Below are positions 9,456 through 17,140 of a stretch of 64,000 nucleotides of DNA, in pieces (the first letter of the stretch is position 1; each line of letters starts with the position of its first letter). This stretch comes from an uncultured bacterium (GTDB taxonomy: Bacteria > RBG-13-61-14 > DATKZS01), in contig CAZYTX010000006.1 in assembly GCA_964650485.1 (NCBI GenBank), forward strand, positions 38,660-102,659. The letters run 5' to 3'. The translations under genes and the position numbers were made by a program. The notes beneath the pieces are model-generated. The model was not told where the DNA came from. It saw only the letters and a program-made list of their open reading frames with translations, and searched no databases.

Positions 9456-10244
9456 CTAAAATCCTCTCCCCGCCCCGCCGCCTCCGAAGCCGCCTCCGCC
9501 GAACCCGCCGAACCCTCCGCCGAAGCCGCCGCCTCCGCGGCCTCCGCCCCGGAACCCTCCGAAGAGCAGCAAGAGGATGGCGAGCCTGGGGTGCTTTATA
9601 AAGAGGTATATGAAGAACACGATGAAGAGCCCTGAAAGGATCAGCCTGATGATCTCCTCGCCCTGGCTGGGCTGTCTCCCCCTGGACCGCGTGCGCCTGT
9701 ATTTTGACGGGGGCGGCCCGGTCCCGGCCTCGCCGCTGTACACTTCCGCGTGCTGAGGGTCAATCACCCGGGCCAGTGCGATCACCCCTGATAGTATGCC
9801 GTCCGCGAACCTGTTCTCTCTGAAGTAGGGTATGATGTGCTCATCCTCGATCGCCCCCACCTTCCCGTCCGGGAGCACCCCTTCCAGGCCGTAGCCGGTG
9901 AGTATGTGCATCTTCCGGTCTTTTGTGGCCACCAGGAAGACTATTCCGTTGTCCTTTCCCTTCTTGCCCGGCTTCCATTTCTCGGCCACGGCCATGGCGT
10001 AATCGAGTATGGGCTCCTCTCCGGTGCTCTCCACTGTCAGGACCGCGATCTGTGCGGCGGTGTTCATCTCCAGCGTTCTTATGATGGCGGTAATGCGCCG
10101 CTGTTTTTGAGGCGGTATGACGCCGGCGCGATCGGTCACGTATCCCTTATAAGAGGGCACTTCTATGTCGTATGCGCGCGCGGCCCATGCCAGGCCCATG
10201 GCGAACGCGAGGAGGAGAGCCGCCGCTGCCGTCTTATGCTTCAT
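9456..10244 (-). CDS. TPM (YgcG-like) domain protein with a TM segment and a Gly-rich tail.
   Basis: A signal peptide from MKHK is followed by a TPM-domain core (VTDRAGVI...IAVLTVESTGEEPILDYAMAVAEKW...GIVFLVATKDRKMHILTGYGLEG), then a TM helix and a GGFGGG tail. Confidence 0.7.
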   Translation of the reverse strand: MKHKTAAAALLLAFAMGLAWAARAYDIEVPSYKGYVTDRAGVIPPQKQRRITAIIRTLEMNTAAQIAVLTVESTGEEPILDYAMAVAEKWKPGKKGKDNGIVFLVATKDRKMHILTGYGLEGVLPDGKVGAIEDEHIIPYFRENRFADGILSGVIALARVIDPQHAEVYSGEAGTGPPPSKYRRTRSRGRQPSQGEEIIRLILSGLFIVFFIYLFIKHPRLAILLLLFGGFRGGGRGGGGFGGGFGGFGGGGFGGGGAGRGF

Positions 10245-10980
10245 GCCCGCCCTCTTTTGCCTGCACCCACTTGTCAATCCACTGCGCCAGAGCTTCCACC
10301 TCTTGCAAGTAACCCGCGAACAGCCGGTGAGACTCGGTCTCCGCCATCTTGGGCTTTCCGGTCCTGAACTCGATCACCTTGGTGCAATGAGGGAGCTTGC
10401 TGCCGATCACCTCTTCGAGCGCGGAGATGACCCGGGCCGCGGCCTTTGGCCTTTCCACCCCCTCCAGCCACAGCATGCTCCTCATTATCACCAGGAAGGA
10501 CTTTATGGACTGGCGGAAGAGCTGCTCCCTGTCCCTCTGCTTTGCACCCATCTCCAGGTAGCTCCTCCGCAACTGGATCAGCTTGGCCTTTATCTCCCGC
10601 TCGCACTGCAGGCGCAAATGCCGCGGCTGTATCTCGATCTCCGCGAGCACGTCGCTGCCCAGGACCACCTGGTAGGCCGACTTCATGTCCAGGTACTCCA
10701 TGGGGAACGAGTCCAGGGAGTCCCTTATGCCCTGCGGGCTCATGACTATGGGAAGGGCCACGCCCTTCCTCTCCCAGGTCCGCACCGGCTTGATCAAAGA
10801 GGCCAGGTCCTCCTCCCCAGCGGACTTGAGAACTATAAGGAAGTTCAGGTCGGAGCGACCGGGCACGAACTGGTCGGTGAGCGCGCTGCCGTAGAGGATG
10901 AGGCTTACCAGCCGATCACCCGCGGCCTCTGATAAGTCCCTTGAAAAGGCGTTGATCTTCTTGCTCGTTTTTTCATCCAT
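10234..10980 (-). CDS. Nucleotidyltransferase-fold (Pol-beta-like NTase) domain protein with a C-terminal helical domain.
   Basis: The N-terminal LILYGSALTDQFVPGRSDLNFLIV matches the hG[GS]...D-x-[DE] NTase motif, but the second acidic position is Asn (SDLNF). Confidence 0.55.
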   Translation of the reverse strand: MDEKTSKKINAFSRDLSEAAGDRLVSLILYGSALTDQFVPGRSDLNFLIVLKSAGEEDLASLIKPVRTWERKGVALPIVMSPQGIRDSLDSFPMEYLDMKSAYQVVLGSDVLAEIEIQPRHLRLQCEREIKAKLIQLRRSYLEMGAKQRDREQLFRQSIKSFLVIMRSMLWLEGVERPKAAARVISALEEVIGSKLPHCTKVIEFRTGKPKMAETESHRLFAGYLQEVEALAQWIDKWVQAKEGGHEA

Positions 10981-11150
10981 TTGCTTTTATCCTTTCATCA
11001 GTAGCGGCCGTTGTCCGCAAGGCTTGCCTTATTATGCTTGACTATCCGTGACGTAGAAAATATCATACAAAAGATCGGCCTGTGAGTAAACACCCGGCAA
11101 GCCGGGGATTAATTCGGACCACTGAAAGACCTGGAAGAATGGAGGCACAG

Positions 11151-11951
11151 ATGCTTATAATCGGCGAGAGGATCAACGCGACGCGCAAGTCAATAAAGGA
11201 GGCCCTGGAGCAGAGGGACACGGAAAGGATACACACCGAGGCCAGGGACCAGTACGAGGCCGGGGCGGACTACATTGACGTTAACGGCGGCTCGACCCCT
11301 GACAAGGAGCTCTCTGACCTGACCTGGCTTTGCCAACAGGTGCAGGAGACGGTGGACGCCCCGCTGTGCGTTGACAGCGCCTCGGCCGAGGTCATAGAGG
11401 CCGGGCTCAAGGCATGCAGGAACGGGAGACCCATGGTCAACTCCATAAGCATGGAGACCGGCCGCTACGAAAAGATATTGCCGCTGGTCAAGGAATACAA
11501 CGCCTTGGTGGTGGCCCTTGCCATGGACGACACCGGCATACCGCGCAGCGCTGACGACCGCCTCCAGGTGGTGAAAAAAATAGTGGAGCAGGCCGGCTCG
11601 CACGGTGTGCCTCTTTCCGACGTCTACGTTGACCCGCTGGTGATGGCCCTTTCCGCGGACAGTGGCGCAGGAATACTGGTGGTTTCGGTGCTAAACGGCA
11701 TCAGGGAGAGGTGGCCCGAGCTCAACACCACCTGCGGCCTTTCCAACATATCCTTCGGGCTGCCCAACCGGCGCCTGGTCAACCGCACCTTCCTGGCCAT
11801 GCTCATGGCCCACGGGCTTTCATCCGCCATTGTGGACCCCATGGACAAGCACCTGATGGCCACGGTGTTCACTGCCCGGGCGCTCGCGGGGCAGGACGAG
11901 TTCTGCATGGAGTACATGAAGGCCTATCGGTCCTCCAGGCTGGAGGTGTAA
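11151..11951 (+). CDS. acsE: Methyltetrahydrofolate:corrinoid/iron-sulfur protein methyltransferase (AcsE-like; pterin-binding DHPS-like fold).
   Basis: MLIIGERINATRKSIKEAL...GADYIDVNGG...PLCVDSASAEVIEAGLKA...MVNSIS...GLSNISFGLPNRRLVNRTFLAMLMAHGL aligns along its length with Moorella AcsE. An RBS GGAGG lies 6 nt upstream. The track ORF starts earlier, at 11082. Confidence 0.8.
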   Translation: MLIIGERINATRKSIKEALEQRDTERIHTEARDQYEAGADYIDVNGGSTPDKELSDLTWLCQQVQETVDAPLCVDSASAEVIEAGLKACRNGRPMVNSISMETGRYEKILPLVKEYNALVVALAMDDTGIPRSADDRLQVVKKIVEQAGSHGVPLSDVYVDPLVMALSADSGAGILVVSVLNGIRERWPELNTTCGLSNISFGLPNRRLVNRTFLAMLMAHGLSSAIVDPMDKHLMATVFTARALAGQDEFCMEYMKAYRSSRLEV

Positions 11952-11973
11952 GGGAAGGGGGGACGCGTCCGCC

Positions 11974-12789
11974 TCAGGGAGGGTTGTTGGCCGCGGCCTT
12001 TAGGATGGCCTCCCTGTCAAAATCTATTCTCACCGGCCTCTTGAAATGGACCCTTATGTAGTTGATTTTCTTGTAGTGGTCGAGGAATATCTCCAGGTTG
12101 CTGCGGGGAATGGAGTCAAGGTCTATCCTTCCCTGCTTCAGCACGGTTTCGAGGTCAAGATTCTCTTCCGGGTAGAAGAGCGCATCCAGTATGCTCCCGC
12201 GCATCTGCAGAAGCCAGTCTCTTTTCACCTCGTTTAAATCTTTATCGTGTTCGAGCGAGTATTGTATGCAGTAGATGGCGCACTCCAGTATGCGGTCGAG
12301 TATCCAGTTGAACTCCTCCCTCCGCATCTGGTACTTTACGAAGCTGCTTCTCTTCCACAGATAGTTCTGGAGCTGTATGGAGCCGGCTATGGCGAAGGCG
12401 CTGAAAAAGCTGGGGTTCTCTCCCACCACATGCCTCTCGAAGTGCTTGCGTTGCCGCACGTAATTATTGTAGGCGCCTATGTACTTTTTAACGTGTTCTT
12501 CGGTAAACCGGCCGTCTTGCGGGGGAGTGAAAGGCGGCATCTCGCTGTAGCGCTTATCGAGCATTTTTTTCTCGTCAATTGACCGCCTGGCTTTTTTAAC
12601 GATCCTTCTGGCGCGCAACTGGTCCTCCTGATAAATAGAAGGAAGACCTTTCATGATCGGCTTGAACTCGCCCTCCTTCCATTGCCTGACCTCGCCGGGA
12701 TCGGAAGAGGGGATATAGACGCCGAGGGCGCAAATAGCTATCAGCCACCCACCGGAAAGCACGTATCCCCACCTGGGATTCAACCCCAT
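11974..12789 (-). CDS. Hypothetical protein with an N-terminal TM anchor.
   Basis: A 271-aa ORF with no recognisable motif. It looks somewhat more AT-rich than its neighbours by eye. Confidence 0.45.
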   Translation of the reverse strand: MGLNPRWGYVLSGGWLIAICALGVYIPSSDPGEVRQWKEGEFKPIMKGLPSIYQEDQLRARRIVKKARRSIDEKKMLDKRYSEMPPFTPPQDGRFTEEHVKKYIGAYNNYVRQRKHFERHVVGENPSFFSAFAIAGSIQLQNYLWKRSSFVKYQMRREEFNWILDRILECAIYCIQYSLEHDKDLNEVKRDWLLQMRGSILDALFYPEENLDLETVLKQGRIDLDSIPRSNLEIFLDHYKKINYIRVHFKRPVRIDFDREAILKAAANNPP

Positions 12790-12945
12790 TGCATAAACCT
12801 CCTTTGACTTTTTCTACGAGAAGGGTGCAAGAGATTATTTGCGCCTTGACTCTTTGACCGCAAGCAAGGCCGCAAGTTCCACCTGCATTTAATGGTAGCC
12901 GGATTTTCGCCTGGTTACATGCAAGAGGGCTGGAACGGTCGGCGC

Positions 12946-13974
12946 CTACTCTTCCGCTCCCGGCGAGAACACGCTAAGGTACTGCATGGGGTCAACCTGG
13001 GCGCCCTTGACCCTCACTTCGAAGTGCAGGTGCGGTCCGGTTGTAAGGCCCGACTTTCCCACCTGGGCTATGCGCTGCCCCCTTTCCACCTCGTCACCCG
13101 GGCTCACGAAAATCTTTCTGCAGTGGGCGTAAAAAGTGGAGATGCCAAAGCCGTGGTCAATGGTCAGCGACTTGCCGTAGCCGCCCCTCCTTCCCACGAA
13201 TGAGACCATGCCGGGCGCCGCGGCGAACACCGAGGTCCGGTAGGGGGCGGCTATGTCTATGCCCTCGTGCATGTGAAGCCTGTGGGTTATGGGATGGAAG
13301 CGCATCCCGAAGTCGCTTGTGATGTGCCCGCCGGACACCGGCCAGAAAGATGGCAGGGCGGAGAAAAGCGCGCTCCGCTTCTCCCAGCTTTTTTCCAGAC
13401 TGGTTACCGTCCACTCATAAGAATCGAGCCTGAGGTCAAGGAGTGCCAGCCTCCCCTCCAGGTCGTTAATCTGCTTGAGCTGGGAGGGAGACAAGGGCAG
13501 GGTGTCCTTCTCCCCGCTCTCCTCCTCGTGGCTGTCCGACCCTCCGCCCGCGGCTCCTTCGGGAAGCCATCGCCGCAAGTCCTTCTCCATGCCGCCGATG
13601 ACAAGCCGGGCACGCTGGCAACTGTCTTCAACTTTACTCTCCATGCTGGAAAGACGCCCATCGAGGGCGGCGAGCTTGTCGCTCGAGCATATGTACCTGG
13701 ACTCGAGCGCGGTCAAGCGCTTTGTCCGCTTCACCAGGGCTGAGTAGTCCTCGTGCGCGTTCCTTAGCTTCAAGGGGATTACTACCACGAATATGGCCAC
13801 CAGAAGCGCAACCACGGCGCCCGCGCCCAACACCATCCTCCGTATTGTTGTCGGCCTTACGCGGAACTGCCGGGGCTCTTTAGTGACGTCCCGGACGATA
13901 AGGACGGTGAAAGGCGCATCTTTATCAAGATCGCTGCCCTTGCCTGACATTTCCTCCCCCCTCCTGATAATCAA
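12946..13974 (-). CDS. M23 family (LytM-domain) peptidase with an N-terminal coiled coil (EnvC-like murein hydrolase activator).
   Basis: The C-terminal HEGIDIAAPYRTSVFAAAPGMVSF...GKSGLTTGPHLHFEVRVKG is the M23 signature with HxxxD and HxH. It is preceded by a TM anchor and a long coiled coil. Confidence 0.85.
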   Translation of the reverse strand: MIIRRGEEMSGKGSDLDKDAPFTVLIVRDVTKEPRQFRVRPTTIRRMVLGAGAVVALLVAIFVVVIPLKLRNAHEDYSALVKRTKRLTALESRYICSSDKLAALDGRLSSMESKVEDSCQRARLVIGGMEKDLRRWLPEGAAGGGSDSHEEESGEKDTLPLSPSQLKQINDLEGRLALLDLRLDSYEWTVTSLEKSWEKRSALFSALPSFWPVSGGHITSDFGMRFHPITHRLHMHEGIDIAAPYRTSVFAAAPGMVSFVGRRGGYGKSLTIDHGFGISTFYAHCRKIFVSPGDEVERGQRIAQVGKSGLTTGPHLHFEVRVKGAQVDPMQYLSVFSPGAEE

Positions 13975-14112
13975 GAAGAATCCTTTATCTGCATCCCGAT
14001 AACAAATTATTGCATCAAATATGAAACCATGTCAAGTCCCCGGATTTATAGCTTGATTTATGGCTTGACACGGACAAGCGAATAATAAATAATTAATAAC
14101 AAGGGATAAAAG

Positions 14113-15045
14113 GTGCAAGGAGCTTACAATATAAAGAATGGAGGCCATTCCTTGGAACCGGACTTGACCGGGGAGAATGAAGAGACGAGGAAGTACCTGG
14201 TGTTCAAGGTGGGCAGGTTCTCCCTGGCCCTGCCCATTGAATTCATTATAAAAGTGTACGATACGGACGGGCTTGCCCTGAGAAGACCCGGCTCAAGGGT
14301 GCTAGACATTTATCAGTTGACCGGAGCGCAGCCCAACGCCTCGCCCGGTTACTGGATAGAGATGGAGGCCGGGAACAGGCGCTATCATATACCGGTTGAA
14401 GACGTGGAAGAGATAAAGGAACTGAGTCTGGCCGTGCCCATGCCCTACCCCCGGGCCCTGAAAAGACCGGAGACGCGCTACATGAAAAGGGTCTTCTTTG
14501 ACGGCTTCAGGATGATAGTCGAGGTTGACCCCGAAAAGATAGACGAGACGGTGGAGGACTTGGGCAGGCTGGGGACCTCCGCAAAGAAGCGGCGTAAGGA
14601 CGAAGAGAAGGTGCATGAAGAGGGGCCAGCCCCTAAAGCTCTTGCCCCATCGAAAAAGGTCCTCACCTTCGAGGCGGGAGCGGACGTCTTCGCAGTTGAC
14701 ATAGACGCGGTGCTCCAGATAATAGGCATGGATGAGATACACCCGGTGCCGGCCGCCGGACAGAGAATAGAGGGCGTGATCTACTACTCTGACCAGGCCG
14801 TGCCCGTCGTCTCACCCGGGATGCTAAGAGAGCTCGGCAAGGGAGAGGGTGACGAATGGGAAGCGACCCTCATAATAATCGCGGAGACCAAAAAAGGCGC
14901 CGTGGGAGTGTCATGCAACCGCGTATTGAGGGTGGTTGAAAAAAACAGCGGCGAGCAGGAAAGCGCGATGAGCCATGGCGGTTCTTTTGAAGGAGCGCTT
15001 TATATAGAGCCGGACAAGCTGATCGAGGGAATCTCCGGGAAATAA
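14113..15045 (+). CDS. Tandem CheW-like domain protein.
   Basis: There are two CheW-like segments: KYLVFKVGRFSLALPIEFIIKVYD... and KKVLTFEAGADVFAVDIDAVLQIIGMDEIHPVPAAGQRIEGVIYYSDQAVPVV. Confidence 0.7.
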   Translation: MQGAYNIKNGGHSLEPDLTGENEETRKYLVFKVGRFSLALPIEFIIKVYDTDGLALRRPGSRVLDIYQLTGAQPNASPGYWIEMEAGNRRYHIPVEDVEEIKELSLAVPMPYPRALKRPETRYMKRVFFDGFRMIVEVDPEKIDETVEDLGRLGTSAKKRRKDEEKVHEEGPAPKALAPSKKVLTFEAGADVFAVDIDAVLQIIGMDEIHPVPAAGQRIEGVIYYSDQAVPVVSPGMLRELGKGEGDEWEATLIIIAETKKGAVGVSCNRVLRVVEKNSGEQESAMSHGGSFEGALYIEPDKLIEGISGK

Positions 15046-15091
15046 GTGAAGAAAACGCAAGACATGGAAATGGGCAAGGTAAAGGAGGCTT

Positions 15092-17062
15092 TTGATGCCG
15101 AAAACAATATTGCTGGCAGACGATAGCATTACCATCCAGAAGGTGGTCAGGATCACCCTGGCGGACGGGGACTACGAGCTCATCACCGTGGACAACGGCG
15201 AGGAAGCGGTGGCCAAAGCCAAAGAGACAAGGCCGGACCTTGTGCTCGCCGACGTGGTAATGCCGGGAAAAGACGGATATCAGGTGTGCGAAGCCATAAA
15301 GTCAGACCCCGAAATAAAGAACACGCCCGTGGTACTGCTGGCAGGCAGCTTCGAGGGATTCGACGAGATGAAAGGTGCGCAGATAGGCGCGGACGGATAC
15401 ATTGTAAAGCCGTTCGAGTCCACCACCTTGATTACAAAGGTGGAGGAGGCCATATCCAGGGGCGCGGCAGCACCCGCGCCGGAAGCGGCCCCCGCTCCGC
15501 CACAGGCCGCACCAGAGGCCCCGGCCCCTCCTGCCGCGCCGCAGGCGGCCGCTCCTGAAAAGGAGTTGTTCGAAGAGCCGTCCCCGGCAGGCCCTCAACC
15601 GGCAGCGCCGACACCTCCCGGCGAGGACATTTTCGCCCCGCCCCAAGCTCCGGCGCCGCCAGAGCCGCCGCAAGCACAAGAGCCCTCTGCTGAAGACATG
15701 TTCGCAGCACCTGAGCAGCCCCCGGAGCCAGTGCCCCAGGCCGAGCCGGAAGAACTGTTCGGAGAACCCGAAGCGCCGCCCCAGGCCCCGGCGCCTGAAC
15801 CTGACCTGTTTGCCGAGCCCGAGCCGCCGCCGGCAGAGGAAGCGCCACAGCAGCAGGCAGGGCCGGCTCCAGCCAGCGACGAAGACCTGTGGAGGCAGGC
15901 ATCTTTCAGCCCCGCAGAGGAACCCGCTGCGGACGAGGCTGACCTGTGGGACACCGCGCCACCTGAGCAGACGGCTCCCGAAGCTCCTGCGCCTGCGCCC
16001 GGCGAAGACGTTTGGGCAGGCGAACCCGAGGCCGTGCCCGAGCCGCCACGAGAGCCTTCCCCGGCAGCGGATATATGGGCGGAGCCACAGGCCCCGCAAG
16101 CAGGGCCGGCCGAGCCGCAGCAAGAGATGCCGGCTATACCCGACTCCACCATTCCCGGTGTGGAGGCCGGGGAGATACCCGAAGCGCCCGGCGCCGAGGA
16201 AGCCGGGCCGCCGCTCCAGCCGGAGCCGGAAGCTGAAGCCATTGAAGTGGGAATGCCGGAACCCGGGGGCGCACCCGACCTGTTTGCAGAGCCCGCAGCC
16301 GAGGGTGTAGCAGAGGCGGAGACAGTGCCTTTAGCCCCCGGCCAGCCAGAGAGCGGGATACCGTTTGCCGAGGCTGCTGAACAAGACGTCTTGGAACCCG
16401 AGCCTGCCGCGGAAATGCCGCTCGAGTCCGAGGCTGCCGAGGACCTGTTTGCCGAACCCGCTACCGAGGTCGAGCCCGACTACGTTGCCGAGGGAGGAGA
16501 TGAGCTGGAGGCGTATGCCGAGCCTGAACCTGCACCCGGGGAACTGGAGGGCATAGCCGAGCCCGAGGTTGTGGCAGAGACCATGCCCGGTCAGCCCCCG
16601 GAGGCTGAGGGTGTTCCCGAGGCTGAGCCTTATGCCGGGCCTTCCATGGAAGCCGAGCCATTCGCCCAGCCTTCGGAACAACCCGCGCCCGAGCCCGCGG
16701 CTCCCCCTGTTCCCGAGCCACAGCCAGCGCCAACGCCCGAGCCAGCGGCGCCCGAACCCACACCTTTCGAGCCCGCAGTTCCGGAACCGCCCAGCGCCCC
16801 GGAACCGACAGCACCCGAGCCCACGGCTGCACCGGAAGCCGCACCAGTGCCCGCTCCGGCCCGGCCTGCGGACCTGGGACCATCGGTGGAACAGGCCGCT
16901 GGCACCATCAGCGAGGCTGCCGCCAGCGGTGTGAGCAAGGAGGAGCTTTCCGGCATAATCCGGGACGTTCTGGAGAACGTTGTCTGGGAGGTTGTACCCG
17001 CGCTTGCCGAGGCCATGATAGAAGAGAGAATCCTTCAGATGGAGCAGTCCAAGAGCTCCTGA
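15092..17062 (+). CDS. RomR-like response regulator: an N-terminal receiver domain, a disordered Pro/Glu/Ala-rich linker of about 500 aa, and a conserved C-terminal helix.
   Basis: The receiver domain is clear (ILLADDSITIQKVV...DLVLADVVMPGKDGYQVCEAIK...VVLLAGSF...GADGYIVKPF). The linker is low-complexity and carries repeated DLFAEP, DIWAEP and DVWAGEP motifs. The C-terminal EELSGIIRDVLENVVWEVVPALAEAMIEERI segment gives an architecture matching Myxococcus RomR. Confidence 0.65.
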   Translation: MMPKTILLADDSITIQKVVRITLADGDYELITVDNGEEAVAKAKETRPDLVLADVVMPGKDGYQVCEAIKSDPEIKNTPVVLLAGSFEGFDEMKGAQIGADGYIVKPFESTTLITKVEEAISRGAAAPAPEAAPAPPQAAPEAPAPPAAPQAAAPEKELFEEPSPAGPQPAAPTPPGEDIFAPPQAPAPPEPPQAQEPSAEDMFAAPEQPPEPVPQAEPEELFGEPEAPPQAPAPEPDLFAEPEPPPAEEAPQQQAGPAPASDEDLWRQASFSPAEEPAADEADLWDTAPPEQTAPEAPAPAPGEDVWAGEPEAVPEPPREPSPAADIWAEPQAPQAGPAEPQQEMPAIPDSTIPGVEAGEIPEAPGAEEAGPPLQPEPEAEAIEVGMPEPGGAPDLFAEPAAEGVAEAETVPLAPGQPESGIPFAEAAEQDVLEPEPAAEMPLESEAAEDLFAEPATEVEPDYVAEGGDELEAYAEPEPAPGELEGIAEPEVVAETMPGQPPEAEGVPEAEPYAGPSMEAEPFAQPSEQPAPEPAAPPVPEPQPAPTPEPAAPEPTPFEPAVPEPPSAPEPTAPEPTAAPEAAPVPAPARPADLGPSVEQAAGTISEAAASGVSKEELSGIIRDVLENVVWEVVPALAEAMIEERILQMEQSKSS

Positions 17063-17089
17063 AAGCACGATCCACGATTTTTGTCGGCA

Positions 17090-17113
17090 AAGGGGATCAA
17101 GGATCCCCTTTTC
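17090..17113 (+). terminator. Rho-independent terminator candidate.
   Basis: AAGGGGATC-AAG-GATCCCCTT forms a stem (GGGGATC / GATCCCC) followed by TTTT, lying between the response-regulator stop (17062) and the valS start (17141). Confidence 0.6.
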
Positions 17114-17140
17114 GCCGTATTAAAGAGGTGAAACCAGAAC

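Noticed and set aside
15302-16310. Long antisense and alternate-frame ORFs (up to 273 aa) across the response-regulator tail, with Arg/Gly/Ser-rich translations.
   Set aside because: The low-complexity GC-rich coding repeat lacks stop codons in several frames. The sense frame has a bona fide receiver domain and a continuous ORF to 17062.
15480-16900. A possible CRISPR-like or tandem DNA repeat, suggested by recurring gagcccga / gccgagcc strings.
   Set aside because: The repeats are irregular in length and spacing and lie inside a continuous ORF encoding PEAP-rich low complexity. There are no repeat-spacer units and no cas genes.
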